Shown: positions 48,130 to 58,416, numbered from the stretch's first letter. The stretch: 64,000 nucleotides of DNA from Akkermansiaceae bacterium (GCA_031425735.1 JANPJY010000002.1:5692-69691); one strand, 5' to 3'. A program made the numbers and translations. The notes: generated from the letters alone by a model not told the origin.

Positions 48130-48872
48130 GGTGATTCTTCGTTGCGTTGAATTTTAACCGCTTCCGAGTCAGATGCATGAGCCATGCGAGATGATTTCAG
48201 AAGGTTAGAGGAAATAGATGGACTGTCCGCACGGAGAACGTGATTTGGCACAGATGTGTCCATGAGTTTATTCCAATCTTCCAAGATAAGTTGACCCTCG
48301 TCACGAAGAGTGCGGGATTTTTCTTGGTACGCTTCGAGGCGTTGGAGCAACACTCGTGCTTGAGCAGCATTGTCTTGGGACCAACGAAGATTACGGCTTT
48401 TGTAGAGAACCGGGACATCGATGACGATGCGGTGAATATCTCCGCTCGTGCTTTCCGCATCGAGAATGTGCTGCATGCGGATATTGGTTTCTTCGAAGCC
48501 AGATGCAAGCGGTGCGGGAGGGAGTTGATGCTTAGGTGCAGCTGAATGGCTGTTAGTTTTTACACCGGGTGTTTTATTCGTGGGAGCACTTTGTTTGGTG
48601 ACCAAATTTTCTGGAGAGGAGATGGGTTGACTTGAAGCAACCGAATTTTTCGAGTCAGTAGAGTTGTTGTAGACAACGGGCTTGGTGATATAAGCAAAAC
48701 AAAACACTGCTGCTACTGCCGTGCTGGCGCAGAGCAGCCATGGGTAAAGCCGTTGCGTTTTCGTGCTGCGCCGGTTCGAATAAGAAAAAGAATCCACTCT
48801 TGGAGTCAGATCCAGAGTGATATCGAGAGGCCGTCCTTCCCTACGGGGCTCTTGGCTTGAGCTAGGTTTCAT
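48126..48872 (-). CDS. Single-pass membrane protein, unknown function (operon gene C)
   Basis: Basic N-terminus, one TM helix (WLLCASTAVAAVFCFAYI) and a C-terminal domain of about 170 aa. It has ATGA overlaps at both ends. Confidence 0.6.
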   Translation of the reverse strand: MKPSSSQEPRREGRPLDITLDLTPRVDSFSYSNRRSTKTQRLYPWLLCASTAVAAVFCFAYITKPVVYNNSTDSKNSVASSQPISSPENLVTKQSAPTNKTPGVKTNSHSAAPKHQLPPAPLASGFEETNIRMQHILDAESTSGDIHRIVIDVPVLYKSRNLRWSQDNAAQARVLLQRLEAYQEKSRTLRDEGQLILEDWNKLMDTSVPNHVLRADSPSISSNLLKSSRMAHASDSEAVKIQRNEESP

Positions 48873-49318
48873 GGTTTCTTGGAGGATTCTGAATCTTTCG
48901 GAACTGCTATGACCGCGTGGCTCACGATGGTTTGATCGGATACGCCCGGGAAAGTGGTGAGTGTGAAGGATTCTTGGGATAGCCTTAAGTGGCGAAGGGT
49001 GCCCCCTGAGTTGCTAGATGCTTGGATTCCAGGGATGACTTCAATGGCTCCGGATTCCGCACGCTGGCGGCTTATTCCATCAGAACGATAGATGTCGAAG
49101 GAGGTGTAGGCTTCTTTTTCATCTTCCATGAGATTGATACGAATCGTTACTCCATCGGTGTATACTTTGAAAGCGACCGATTTCATGGGAATGGGCGTGA
49201 TTCCAGATTCCGTAACCTTGAAATGTGACTGTAAAAGAAAATCGCCAATATGACGAAACTCAGTTGAGTGAGCTGCAACTGAAAGAAAGCACAGAAGAGT
49301 GAGGATCAGCGCTTTCAT
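48869..49318 (-). CDS. Small secreted protein, unknown function (operon gene B)
   Basis: Start placed at MKALILTLLCFLSVAAHS, which forms an ATGA overlap with the pseudopilin stop. The listed ORF extends to 49333. Confidence 0.55.
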   Translation of the reverse strand: MKALILTLLCFLSVAAHSTEFRHIGDFLLQSHFKVTESGITPIPMKSVAFKVYTDGVTIRINLMEDEKEAYTSFDIYRSDGISRQRAESGAIEVIPGIQASSNSGGTLRHLRLSQESFTLTTFPGVSDQTIVSHAVIAVPKDSESSKKP

Positions 49319-49713
49319 TGGCCTACGTCCCATAAAGAATCGAGTGGTTGTCCTGAAGGATCATAGACTCCGCCTGCGCCATCGTCGATGACGGGAGGAT
49401 TGACGTTTACTTTGATCGTCAGGGTTTCGCCTTCAAGTGATTCGACGGTCGGAAGGGCCGTTGCACGGTTTGTGAGATAAGGAATGATATTTGCTGCCGT
49501 GATGTCGGCGACCGCAACCGTTGGGTTATCTGCTAAGTATAAGCGCTGTGCTGAGTAAACGTTACGTAGATGCTCTGATGCGGTGCGTCCTGCCTGCCAA
49601 ATACCGTATTGTTTGGTTACAAATAGTCCGGTGCCCATAAGTGTTAAGAGCACCAAAATCACCACCGTCATTTCAAGAAGGGTGAAGCCAGATTTTGGAT
49701 TTCCTTTTGTCAT
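49315..49713 (-). CDS. Prepilin-type N-terminal cleavage/methylation domain protein (pseudopilin, operon gene A)
   Basis: The N-terminus MTKGNPKSGFTLLEMTVVILVLL has the canonical G/FTLLE motif with Glu+5. Confidence 0.8.
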   Translation of the reverse strand: MTKGNPKSGFTLLEMTVVILVLLTLMGTGLFVTKQYGIWQAGRTASEHLRNVYSAQRLYLADNPTVAVADITAANIIPYLTNRATALPTVESLEGETLTIKVNVNPPVIDDGAGGVYDPSGQPLDSLWDVGQ

Positions 49714-49758
49714 AAAATTTATTTAACGCGCATTGATCATCTTGAAAAGCGTAAAATT

Positions 49759-50763
49759 TTAAAAATTTATAGATGAGGGGGATAATTTTTTAAGAAAAAT
49801 CACTTTTCCGTGCCGATTTGGCTGATTCAACCTAGCTAGCGCTGATGAAAAATCACTGAGTTCGAAGGTGCTGTCGACAGTTTGGGTGAGTTTACCGGAG
49901 CTGACGAATTCGGCGAGTTCGGCGTAGGTTTGGTTTAAAGTCAGCGGGTCACTTTCGCGGATCCATTGGGTGACCCAAAGGCCGCGGAGGCGGATATCGT
50001 TGAAAATCAGGGGGCCATTCGGGACGGTTAGAGGCTTTTTCGCCATCGCGCCGTAGGTGATTAGGGTGCCGCTGGGGCCGAGCAATTTCATCATGCGGAG
50101 GGCGCTTTCACCACCGACTGCGTTGAAAGCGAGCTTGGCTGTGTCTTGTCCCAGCGCCGCAACCGCTGACGCATATCCAGCGGGTGAGTCCTCGAAAACC
50201 TCCGTGGCACCGATGTTTTTCAGCTCGGAGATGAGAGAAATATTTCTCAAAAAGCAAAGCGTCCGGATGCCTAAATGCTTAGCGAGTTGGATGGTGCATT
50301 GGCCTACCCCGGAATTCGCGGCGTTTAGGGCGACCCAATCGCCAGCCTGTAATGTTTCGAAGCGCGTCAGCAAAAGGAAGGCCGTGGCTGGATTGACTTT
50401 CAACATGGCGGCTTGGAGGGGATCGATTCCACTCGGCAGTCGTATCAGGTTTTGCTCATGGGTGATGGCGTGTTCCGCCCAGCCGCCGATTCTGGAAATG
50501 GGCATCACGGTGTCGCCGGGGGAAAAGAGTTCCGACTGGCTTTCGATAACTGTTGCAACGCACTCGATACCAGCGGTGGCGGGCAGTTCGGGTTTCACTC
50601 CGTAGGTTCCCTCGATCAAATTGAGATCGGCGGGATTGATAGGGCTGGCTATGATTTCAAGCAGGACTTCACCGTTTTTCAATGGCGGCAGGGTGAATGC
50701 CTCCAGATTCAATACGGAGCTGGGGTTTCCGAATTGGCTGAAGACTAGATGCCGACTTTTCAT
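49759..50763 (-). CDS. MDR-family NAD(P)H oxidoreductase (2-enoyl thioester reductase / quinone oxidoreductase-like)
   Basis: ASPINPADLNLIEGTYG and LPATAGIECVA, with the nucleotide-binding motif ANSGVGQ. Confidence 0.75.
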   Translation of the reverse strand: MKSRHLVFSQFGNPSSVLNLEAFTLPPLKNGEVLLEIIASPINPADLNLIEGTYGVKPELPATAGIECVATVIESQSELFSPGDTVMPISRIGGWAEHAITHEQNLIRLPSGIDPLQAAMLKVNPATAFLLLTRFETLQAGDWVALNAANSGVGQCTIQLAKHLGIRTLCFLRNISLISELKNIGATEVFEDSPAGYASAVAALGQDTAKLAFNAVGGESALRMMKLLGPSGTLITYGAMAKKPLTVPNGPLIFNDIRLRGLWVTQWIRESDPLTLNQTYAELAEFVSSGKLTQTVDSTFELSDFSSALARLNQPNRHGKVIFLKKLSPSSINF

Positions 50764-50794
50764 AATTCGTTGATGGATTGTTCTTGGCTGAGCG

Positions 50795-50923
50795 ATGAAG
50801 AAGCGTTACCTCGGCGGCGTCATGACACGTTCCTCCATTGAGCTTGCGATCAAAATTTTCCTCTTCTGCTTGGTTGTAGTGTTTATTTACACCGTTTCGA
50901 AGGTGTTGAACATGATTGCTTGA
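50795..50923 (+). CDS. Possible 42-aa membrane peptide (weak call)
   Basis: Hand-translated as MKKRYLGGVMTRSSIELAIKIFLFCLVVVFIYTVSKVLNMIA. It has one hydrophobic helix and is below the ORF-track size cutoff. Confidence 0.2.
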   Translation: MKKRYLGGVMTRSSIELAIKIFLFCLVVVFIYTVSKVLNMIA

Positions 50924-50938
50924 AATCGTATCTGTCTA

Positions 50939-52021
50939 CTAAAGCAGGTTCTGCGGTAACAAATCAGATAATTTCTTGATTGCATCCGCCTGATGACGAT
51001 TTGCGATTAAGAGCGCGTCCTGCGTTTTCACGACGATCAAATCATCGACTCCTAGCAAGGCGATGTGGGTGCCATCGGTCGCATTGAAAATGATGTTATT
51101 TTCGGAATCGATCTGAGAAACCAATTGATTGGTGCGGTTGTTATTTCCGCCGTCGGAAAGGTATTTCGCAATCGAAACCCAGGAGCCGACATCGTCCCAA
51201 TCGAAAGTGGCCTCGATGTTTAGTACTCGATCGGCGGTTTCCATCAATGCGTAGTCGATCGAAACCGCAGTGAGTTTCGGGAACTGGGCTTCGATGGTTG
51301 CGAGGACGTCTTTGGATTTCCTAAGTTCGGAAATAAAGTCCCCAAGCTGTGGGGCATGAGAGGCGAGTTGTTGGATGACGGTTGGCAGAGACCAAACAAA
51401 CATGCCGGCATTCCATGAAAAACCACCGGCGTTGAGAAATTCCTCGGCGAGTTCGGGATTGGGTTTTTCGCGGAATCGTTTCACTTCAACTGGCGGATGC
51501 TGAAGCTCCACGCCTGAGATCGTTGCGCGATCGCCGCGTTCGATGTAGCCATAAGACGGGCAGGGCCAAGTGGGACGTATGCCGATTGTGACCAATCCAT
51601 CTGAATGTTCTGCGCAGCTGAGTGCGTCTTTCATGACCGCTTGGTACGCATGATGATCTTTAATGAGTTGGTCAGAAGGCAAAACCATCATCACTGCATC
51701 GGGATTGCGAGCGGCGATCAAACCAATGCCGAGAGCGACGGCCGGTGCGGTATCGCGCTTCGCTGGCTCGGCGAAAATATTTTCTGCTGGGAGCATGGAA
51801 GCGATTTCACGCACGGCATCGACCTGCAGTGAGTTGGTTAAGATCAAAATATTTTCGACAGGAACCAGACCAGCGAGGCGGTTGATGGTTTGTTCGAGGA
51901 GGGTTCCAGTTCCGAAAAGATCGAGAAGTTGTTTGGGTTTGTCGTTGCGGCTGAGAGGCCAGAACCGTGTTCCAGAGCCGCCGGCAAGGATGAGAGCGTA
52001 AGTATTTTCAGGAGTTGGCAT
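50939..52021 (-). CDS. manC: Mannose-1-phosphate guanylyltransferase
   Basis: LILAGGSGTRFWPLSR and a nucleotidyltransferase fold. There is no cupin/isomerase extension. Confidence 0.8.
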   Translation of the reverse strand: MPTPENTYALILAGGSGTRFWPLSRNDKPKQLLDLFGTGTLLEQTINRLAGLVPVENILILTNSLQVDAVREIASMLPAENIFAEPAKRDTAPAVALGIGLIAARNPDAVMMVLPSDQLIKDHHAYQAVMKDALSCAEHSDGLVTIGIRPTWPCPSYGYIERGDRATISGVELQHPPVEVKRFREKPNPELAEEFLNAGGFSWNAGMFVWSLPTVIQQLASHAPQLGDFISELRKSKDVLATIEAQFPKLTAVSIDYALMETADRVLNIEATFDWDDVGSWVSIAKYLSDGGNNNRTNQLVSQIDSENNIIFNATDGTHIALLGVDDLIVVKTQDALLIANRHQADAIKKLSDLLPQNLL

Positions 52022-52130
52022 GCGGGTGGGATGTTAGTGGTTATTGGGTTTTCGGGAAGCCACAATATCTTTTCTGGTAGAATGATTTTCTTGGGTTGTC
52101 GGAACGGATTTGTATAGGTAGTTTCATCGC

Positions 52131-52454
52131 ATGTCAGATCAGCATGTAGACACGACGCCGGTATGGGTGGAAGGTAGCGCTTTAGCAGCTCCAGTTATTC
52201 TTGGGGCAGCAGCGGGTTTATTAGTAGGCGATATGATGCATAGCAATGCCAGACGTGGCGTTGGTCTTGGCTTAGGAATTCTTGGCGTTGTCGCCCTATT
52301 GCCATTTGTTGTCGATGGCGTGGCGGGTCTGATCACAGGTCCTCGCAGTAAGTTTGGAGTGAATCGAAAAATCCAAAAAATCCGCGACATCGGGATTGGT
52401 TCGCCTTCACACGACGATGTGGATGACGTTTTGCGTGAACAAGGAGTAATCTAG
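52131..52454 (+). CDS. Small two-TM membrane protein, hypothetical
   Basis: 107-aa ORF with two Gly/Ala-rich hydrophobic helices. Confidence 0.4.
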   Translation: MSDQHVDTTPVWVEGSALAAPVILGAAAGLLVGDMMHSNARRGVGLGLGILGVVALLPFVVDGVAGLITGPRSKFGVNRKIQKIRDIGIGSPSHDDVDDVLREQGVI

Positions 52455-52553
52455 TAGGGAATCTAGGTAGATTTTTTTCAAAGATATTCCGGAATATTCG
52501 GAATAAAAGGGTCAGTTCTGACGCTTAAAGGGTAGAATTACAAAACTATCCTT

Positions 52554-53405
52554 ATGTCCTACGAATCCGACTCCAGTTTAAAAATTTATCTTCGCGAGAT
52601 TTCAAAGACTCCTCTGCTCACGGTAGAAGAAGAAATCCAACTAGCTGACCGCATCAGCAAAGGCGACCCAGAAGCCCGTGCGCACATGATTCGTGCGAAC
52701 TTACGTTTGGTTGTCAAAATCGCGCAGGATTATTCCAATTACGGACTTCCAGTGACCGATCTTATCTCTGAAGGAAACATCGGACTTATGAAGGCCGTCG
52801 AGCGTTTCGATCCTGAAAAAGGCGGCAAGCTCTCCACCTACGCCGCATGGTGGATCAAACAATCCATCAAACGCGCTCTGGCCAATCAGTCGAAAACGAT
52901 TCGCCTGCCTGTTCACATGGTAGACAAAATCGCCAAGATGCGCCGCATTTCATCGCTTCTTGCAGAGGCATTGGGTCGCGAGCCGACCGATGAAGAGTTG
53001 GCCGATGAAGTCGGTCTCCCACGCCGTAAACTTGCGATGCTGAAACAAGCATCTCAGCGCCCTACCTCACTTGATGCTCCGATCAACGAAGGCGAAGCCA
53101 CTGAGTATGGCGAAGTTATCAGTGATGACCGTGCCGAAAATCCACTCGACATGCTTTCCGACAAAAATATGCATGGCGAAATCGACGGACTGCTCTCGCT
53201 CCTCGACGAACGTGAGCGCCGCATCATCGATGAGCGTTTCGGTTTGAATGGTAAAAAACCACTCACTTTGGAAGAAGTCGGACGCGAATTCGGTGTGACT
53301 CGTGAACGTATCCGCCAACTGCAAAACTCAGCCCTAACAAAAATGCGCCGTGCTTTGAGCAAGAAAGAGAAACCGCTGCCAAAGCCGTTAGCCGGCCTCG
53401 CATAA
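52554..53405 (+). CDS. Sigma-70 family RNA polymerase sigma factor (RpoD/RpoS-like group, 283 aa)
   Basis: Region 1.2 (YLREISKTPLLT), region 2 (LRLVVKIAQDY.., EGNIGLMKAVERFD, YAAWWIKQSI) and the region 4 helix-turn-helix (LEEVGREFGVTRERIRQLQ). Confidence 0.88.
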   Translation: MSYESDSSLKIYLREISKTPLLTVEEEIQLADRISKGDPEARAHMIRANLRLVVKIAQDYSNYGLPVTDLISEGNIGLMKAVERFDPEKGGKLSTYAAWWIKQSIKRALANQSKTIRLPVHMVDKIAKMRRISSLLAEALGREPTDEELADEVGLPRRKLAMLKQASQRPTSLDAPINEGEATEYGEVISDDRAENPLDMLSDKNMHGEIDGLLSLLDERERRIIDERFGLNGKKPLTLEEVGREFGVTRERIRQLQNSALTKMRRALSKKEKPLPKPLAGLA

Positions 53406-53430
53406 GAGTTTAATCATCTAACAATATTTA

Positions 53431-53467
53431 AAACCGCTGGGCTAATCGCTCAGCGGTTTTTGTTTTT
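53431..53467. terminator. Bidirectional rho-independent terminator between convergent genes
   Basis: The stem aaaccgctg/cagcggttt has an 11-nt loop. It is followed by tttgttttt and preceded by an A-run. Confidence 0.7.
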
Positions 53468-53910
53468 CAGAGCCCTGATTTTTCAATCAACGCACGCAGC
53501 TGTTGTTGAAACTCCATGATGTCTTCGCGTGAGGGCTGGTATCCCACGGTATCGAAATCCAAGGTCGGGCGACCCGTTTGATCCAACGTCCACACACCGG
53601 ACTCACCATCGCTGAATGTAACTTTTCCACTGACCAAGCTTCCAGGCAATGGAACCGCATCCATCGTCGCATGCGTCATCCCGTCAGCGGGAATTGGCGA
53701 TTCAGTTGCTTCAGGAGTGGGCTCCGGTTCTTTCTCTACATGCAGTTCGATGCCGAGATCGAGAATCAGAAAACGCGTGTCCATGTAAGTCACTGCATGA
53801 TCCATCTCTTCGCGGATTCGTCCTTGGATTTCAGGAAGTTGCGCGCCCTCTGAGGCCCATCCTTTGATCGCTGAGATTTGCTCTGCCGTGAGCTGCTTGG
53901 AACTAAACAT
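53467..53910 (-). CDS. Hypothetical protein
   Basis: The ORF runs to 54015. The start was moved to MFSSKQLTAEQ to avoid overlapping the divergent SDR gene. No motif was recognised. Confidence 0.45.
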   Translation of the reverse strand: MFSSKQLTAEQISAIKGWASEGAQLPEIQGRIREEMDHAVTYMDTRFLILDLGIELHVEKEPEPTPEATESPIPADGMTHATMDAVPLPGSLVSGKVTFSDGESGVWTLDQTGRPTLDFDTVGYQPSREDIMEFQQQLRALIEKSGL

Positions 53911-54013
53911 GTCTGGACTTTGAAGATTCCTCAAAACTTTCCCAGTACAATAGCGCGAACCTTGATGTGAGATTCCACTTGGCAAATCTGCGACCACGGC
54001 AAACCATTCAGAC

Positions 54014-54802
54014 ATGTCAACGACCGCTTATCTCAAGGAAATGTTCGATCTCACTGGAAAAACCGCCGTCGTGATCGGTGGAACCGGGGAACTTTGCGGA
54101 ACTATGGCCGTCGGCCTCGCTCGCGCTGGCGCAACCGTCGTTCTGGGTGGACGCATCAAAGAAAAAGCCGAGAAGCGCTTGTCTGAAATCGAGTCCCACG
54201 GTGGTAAAGGATACTTCGTTCCTGTCGACGTCACATCACGTCAATCGCTTCATGATATGTTAGATACAGTGTTGGAAAAATCTGGCGGAGTGGACATCTT
54301 GGTCAACGGTGCCGGCACCAACTCGCCAACACCGTTTTTGGAAATTTCCGAGGAAGAATATTCCCGCATCATCGACACCAACCTCACCGCCATCTTCCGC
54401 GCCTGCCAAGTGTTCGGTCAGTATTTCGTCGATGAAATGAGACCCGCCTCCATCATCAACCTCGGCTCGATTTCCGGACTCAATCCACTTTCGCGAGTGT
54501 TTACCTATTCAGCTTCGAAAGCCGCAGTTCACAACCTGACCCGCAACCTAGCACGCGAGTGGGCCGATAAAGACATCCGCGTCAACACCCTCGTCCCCGG
54601 ATTCTTCCCAGCCGAGCAAAACCGAAAAGTGTTAGATGAATCCCGTGTGTTAGACATTCTCCGCCACACCCCATCCTCCCGCTTCGGCAACGCCGAAGAA
54701 CTCATTGGCGCAACCCTCCTTCTTGCCTCACCTAAAGCATCATCCTTCATCACCGGCATGGAAATGATCGTAGACGGCGGCTTCCAAGCGATGAGCATTT
54801 AA
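54014..54802 (+). CDS. SDR-family oxidoreductase
   Basis: Gly-rich dinucleotide-binding motif [14 protein letters not shown], and the catalytic YSASKAAV. Confidence 0.85.
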   Translation: MSTTAYLKEMFDLTGKTAVVIGGTGELCGTMAVGLARAGATVVLGGRIKEKAEKRLSEIESHGGKGYFVPVDVTSRQSLHDMLDTVLEKSGGVDILVNGAGTNSPTPFLEISEEEYSRIIDTNLTAIFRACQVFGQYFVDEMRPASIINLGSISGLNPLSRVFTYSASKAAVHNLTRNLAREWADKDIRVNTLVPGFFPAEQNRKVLDESRVLDILRHTPSSRFGNAEELIGATLLLASPKASSFITGMEMIVDGGFQAMSI

Positions 54803-54875
54803 CCGGAGAGCCGCCTTGCATGCGGCTTAGTCTCAAAAACATACGCCGCTCACATCCATATAAGCATAAAAATCG

Positions 54876-55256
54876 ATGTCCCGAATTATCGAGAAAACCT
54901 GGATAGACGTCTTGAATGAATTGGGATCCGGAGCGCACCTCGCTATAGCTGTCTTTGTCCTGCTTGTAATATTCGCTGTAGTTATATTTTACAGGCGATT
55001 ACCGCTAAGATTTAGGTTTGCATATTGTCCTCTTAGCATCATTCCGTTTTTTCTGTGTCTCTATGAAACGACATCAGCATTTAGAAAGGTTTTAATTGCT
55101 TCAATGAGCTCAGGAATATCTGAATTTTCACTTGAATCAAATTTATCTGAAGTGATTAGGATTCTTACTTTTGGTTGCTTACTTACTGTTCCACTTCTGT
55201 GCATATGTGCCGCCCTATTTTTATTTAGAGTCCATTGCAATCCGACCAATGAGTGA
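54876..55256 (+). CDS. Small polytopic membrane protein, hypothetical, AT-rich
   Basis: 126-aa ORF with 3-4 hydrophobic helices. It is visibly more AT-rich than its neighbours. Confidence 0.45.
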   Translation: MSRIIEKTWIDVLNELGSGAHLAIAVFVLLVIFAVVIFYRRLPLRFRFAYCPLSIIPFFLCLYETTSAFRKVLIASMSSGISEFSLESNLSEVIRILTFGCLLTVPLLCICAALFLFRVHCNPTNE

Positions 55257-55342
55257 TGCCTAGTTGAACTCTTAGCGATTTACACAGACGTCAGCATGCA
55301 TCATCGGCGACCGAAAATCGCGGTTCCTTTCGGGAACACACC

Positions 55343-56158
55343 TCACGGCACCCTCGGAAACTTCGAGAAATCTGGCTGGCGTTTTTCAAGGAAGGCTTCT
55401 TTGCCTTCTCTGCCTTCTTCGGACATGTAGTAGAGCAGGGTCGCGTTACCCGCTAAATCTAACAGACCCATCTGACCGTCACAGTCGGCGTTGAGAGCGG
55501 ATTTCAAACAGCGTAACGCGAGAGGCGAATGGGCGAGCATCTCGCGGCACCATTTCACGGTCTCGGTTTCGAGTTCGGCGAGTGGGACGACGGTGTTAAC
55601 TAAACCCATTTCGAGGGCTTGTTGGGCGTCGTATTGGCGGCAGAGATACCAAATTTCGCGTGCCTTTTTCTGGCCTACAATGCGGGCAAGGTAACTTGAG
55701 CCGAGTCCGCCATCAAAGCTTCCAACCTTCGGGCCGGTCTGGCCGAAGCGGGCGTTGTCTGCAGCGATGGTGAGATCGCAAACGATATGCAAGACATGTC
55801 CGCCACCGATCGCGTAACCGGCAACCATAGCGACCACTGGCTTGGGTAATGAGCGGATTTTTTTCTGAAGATCCAACACATTCAGACGCGGAATACCATC
55901 GTTGCCGACGTAGCCTGCGTGACCGCGCACGCGTTGATCGCCGCCAGAGCAGAACGCGAGATCGCCTTCACCGGTGAGAATGACCACGCCGACCTGTGGG
56001 TCTTCGTGCGCCATATCGAAGGCACGTAGCATTTCGGTGACGGTTTTGGGTCGAAAAGCATTACGCACTTCCGGGCGGTTGATCGTGATCTTGGCGATCG
56101 CACCGTCTTCGGTGGTCTCGTAACGGATGTCTTCGAAATCAAATTTGGAAATCCACAT
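55343..56158 (-). CDS. menB: 1,4-dihydroxy-2-naphthoyl-CoA synthase
   Basis: [29 protein letters not shown] and a crotonase fold. The start was trimmed to MWISKF, because the upstream 43 codons of the listed ORF run into the repeat element. Confidence 0.88.
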   Translation of the reverse strand: MWISKFDFEDIRYETTEDGAIAKITINRPEVRNAFRPKTVTEMLRAFDMAHEDPQVGVVILTGEGDLAFCSGGDQRVRGHAGYVGNDGIPRLNVLDLQKKIRSLPKPVVAMVAGYAIGGGHVLHIVCDLTIAADNARFGQTGPKVGSFDGGLGSSYLARIVGQKKAREIWYLCRQYDAQQALEMGLVNTVVPLAELETETVKWCREMLAHSPLALRCLKSALNADCDGQMGLLDLAGNATLLYYMSEEGREGKEAFLEKRQPDFSKFPRVP

Positions 56159-56222
56159 GGCGGGGGAAAATGAAGCAGCAAAGGCCTCGCCGCAATCAAA
56201 ACAAGGAGTGAATTTTCGCTGC

Positions 56223-56406
56223 GCCGCAGGCTTTGACTGCTGGGATTCTTTATTCCCAGCTTTTGTGGATAGGTGCCTTTTTCCCAAGAGCCATATGACG
56301 ACCTGTTGTTGGATAACGGAGATGTCAGTGTTTAGGATACACTGCGATAATCGGCCCTTCGCGTGAAAGCTGGAAAGAATTCCAGCAGTCCAGAGCCTCC
56401 GGCGGC
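56223..56406. repeat. MITE-like element, second copy of the 31329..31476 family
   Basis: The ends are gccgcaggctttgactgctgg (56223-56243) and ccagcagtccagagcctccggcggc (56382-56406). Short sub-terminal hairpins are also present. Confidence 0.65.
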
Positions 56407-56408
56407 AA

Positions 56409-58313
56409 TCAAAACAAGCTCTCTGCGAAAATCTCTACCTCGGTGAAAGGCAGGCCGGAGAGGACGCCGTAGGCATCGTTTCGGTATAGCCGCGCGCGCA
56501 TGCTGGCGGGGCTAGACATTCCGCAGAGGAAACGAGCGAGCTGGCGGGGCGTGCCCAGTGCTGCATGCTTTTCCTCTAGCAACGCCTGGATTTGCGTGTG
56601 TTCGGCTTGGGTGATCTTGCGTGGCTTGGTGCGTTTGAGTTTCACCGATGCGATCCCGCGGCAGCGATCGCAGTGGCCGCATGGGCTGGTCATTTTTTCG
56701 CCAAAATGAGCGAGTAGCGTTTGGGTAAGGCAGCGGTTTCCCTGCGCGAGCGCGAGCACTTGATCGAGTCGGCCGAGCTCGCGGGTCTCGCGCATCTGGA
56801 GCCTTTCGGCCATCGCTATGGAAATCGATTTCGGATCGGCGTCCGCTTTTTTGAGTCGGTATGCCTGTCTCCAACCTGATTTTTTCAGAGCGATATCACC
56901 ACCCGCTTCCAGTTCGGAAATGAGTTCGCGCAGGGAATTAGAGGAGATCCCAAGCTCGGGCGCGACATCAGGAATTTTTACTGAAAGCCATTTCCACTCG
57001 GCGTCCAGAGGCGCGAAGAGCTGTTCAAGGTGTTTGCGTTCTTTCGGTTTCCGACCCGCCAGCAAAGCCTTCAATGGACGCAGCAATTTCACGCGATAGG
57101 TATCAAAACTTTTTCCTCCAACCTCTAAAATCCCGTCCATTTCCAGATACGTAAAAATCGTTTCGATCACGGTTTGGCGGATATCACAGGTGGTTGCGAG
57201 TTCGTAGATCGAGACATCGAATGATTCGCCCAAACGCAGCACGCGCTCTAACAGATTCCGAACCGAGCGCTCACTGGGGATATCCGAGAAGATAAAATTT
57301 TCGAGAACCGTTTGATCTTCAGCGCAGGCGAGGAGATCGCAGATCGCGGGTTGGCCATCGCGACCCGCGCGGCCGATTTCCTGAGTATAGCCTTCGAGGC
57401 TTTTTGGGAGATTGTAATGAAACACCGCGCGGATATCGGATTTATCCACTCCCATCCCGAAGGCGATCGTCGCAACCACTATCTCGATTTCTCCACCCAT
57501 GAACTCTTCTTGGATTTCCCTGCGCAGATCGGATCGGAGTCCGGCATGATAGGCGCGTGCGTTGAGTTGGTTTTTGGTGAGGAATGTCGCGATTTCTTCT
57601 GCGGTTTCCTGACGTGTGACGTAGATGATCGCGGGCCTGTCGCAGTTTGAAACTTTTTCTAACAATAACGCTTTCCGCTGGTCAGGCGTGCAGGGACTGA
57701 TGCGTAGGTCGAGGTTGCTGCGGTGAAAGCTCAGCTTCACCCCATCTTTTTTGGCGATCCGAAATTGGCGGCGGATATCGGTCTCAACTTTCGGGGTCGC
57801 GGTGGCGGTGAGTGCGAGAATTCTGCTAACGCGGAGTTTGCGAAATATCGTGGCGAGCTTGAGGTAATCGGGGCGGAAGTTATGGCCCCATTCAGAAATG
57901 CAATGTGCTTCATCGACGGCGATCAGGGAAATTTTCAGGCCTTTGAGGGATTTTTGAAATTCGGCGTTCGCGAGTTTTTCAGGCGAAACATACAGCAGCT
58001 TCAACTGGCCTTGTTTGAGTTGAGAGACGGTTTCAGTGTAATGATCGGCGCTGAGGGTGGAGTCCAAACGCGCGGCAGCGACGCCTTTTGCGATCAAGCC
58101 ATCGACCTGATCTTTCATCAACGCAAGCAGGGGAGAGACGATCAGCGCGGTTCCATCTAACAATACGGCGGGCAATTGGTAGCAGAGCGATTTTCCTCCA
58201 CCGGTCGGGAAAATCGCTAAAGCGGAACGCCCTTCCATCAAAGACGCAACGACCTCCGCCTGCCCTGCCCGCAGTTCTCCAAAGCCGAAAATATCTCGTA
58301 ACGCATCGTTCAC
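56409..58313 (-). CDS. recQ: RecQ-family ATP-dependent DNA helicase
   Basis: FRAGQ-type motif 0 (LRAGQAEVV), Walker A (PTGGGKS), DEAH, and a zinc-binding cluster CGHCDRC in the C-terminal region. Confidence 0.88.
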   Translation of the reverse strand: MNDALRDIFGFGELRAGQAEVVASLMEGRSALAIFPTGGGKSLCYQLPAVLLDGTALIVSPLLALMKDQVDGLIAKGVAAARLDSTLSADHYTETVSQLKQGQLKLLYVSPEKLANAEFQKSLKGLKISLIAVDEAHCISEWGHNFRPDYLKLATIFRKLRVSRILALTATATPKVETDIRRQFRIAKKDGVKLSFHRSNLDLRISPCTPDQRKALLLEKVSNCDRPAIIYVTRQETAEEIATFLTKNQLNARAYHAGLRSDLRREIQEEFMGGEIEIVVATIAFGMGVDKSDIRAVFHYNLPKSLEGYTQEIGRAGRDGQPAICDLLACAEDQTVLENFIFSDIPSERSVRNLLERVLRLGESFDVSIYELATTCDIRQTVIETIFTYLEMDGILEVGGKSFDTYRVKLLRPLKALLAGRKPKERKHLEQLFAPLDAEWKWLSVKIPDVAPELGISSNSLRELISELEAGGDIALKKSGWRQAYRLKKADADPKSISIAMAERLQMRETRELGRLDQVLALAQGNRCLTQTLLAHFGEKMTSPCGHCDRCRGIASVKLKRTKPRKITQAEHTQIQALLEEKHAALGTPRQLARFLCGMSSPASMRARLYRNDAYGVLSGLPFTEVEIFAESLF

Positions 58314-58416
58314 TCCCGTCTTGATACGCGGATTTATCAGCCGCGTCCACGGTCAACCTTTCGGTGGAAAATTTCTTCCCGTCACGTCGTTGCAAGTCCA
58401 GGATCTTATTCAACGT

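Noticed and set aside
53911-54015. A 35-codon N-terminal extension of the hypothetical gene 53467..53910.
   Set aside because: It would overlap the divergent SDR gene start and leave no promoter space. The internal Met gives a cleaner layout. This remains uncertain.
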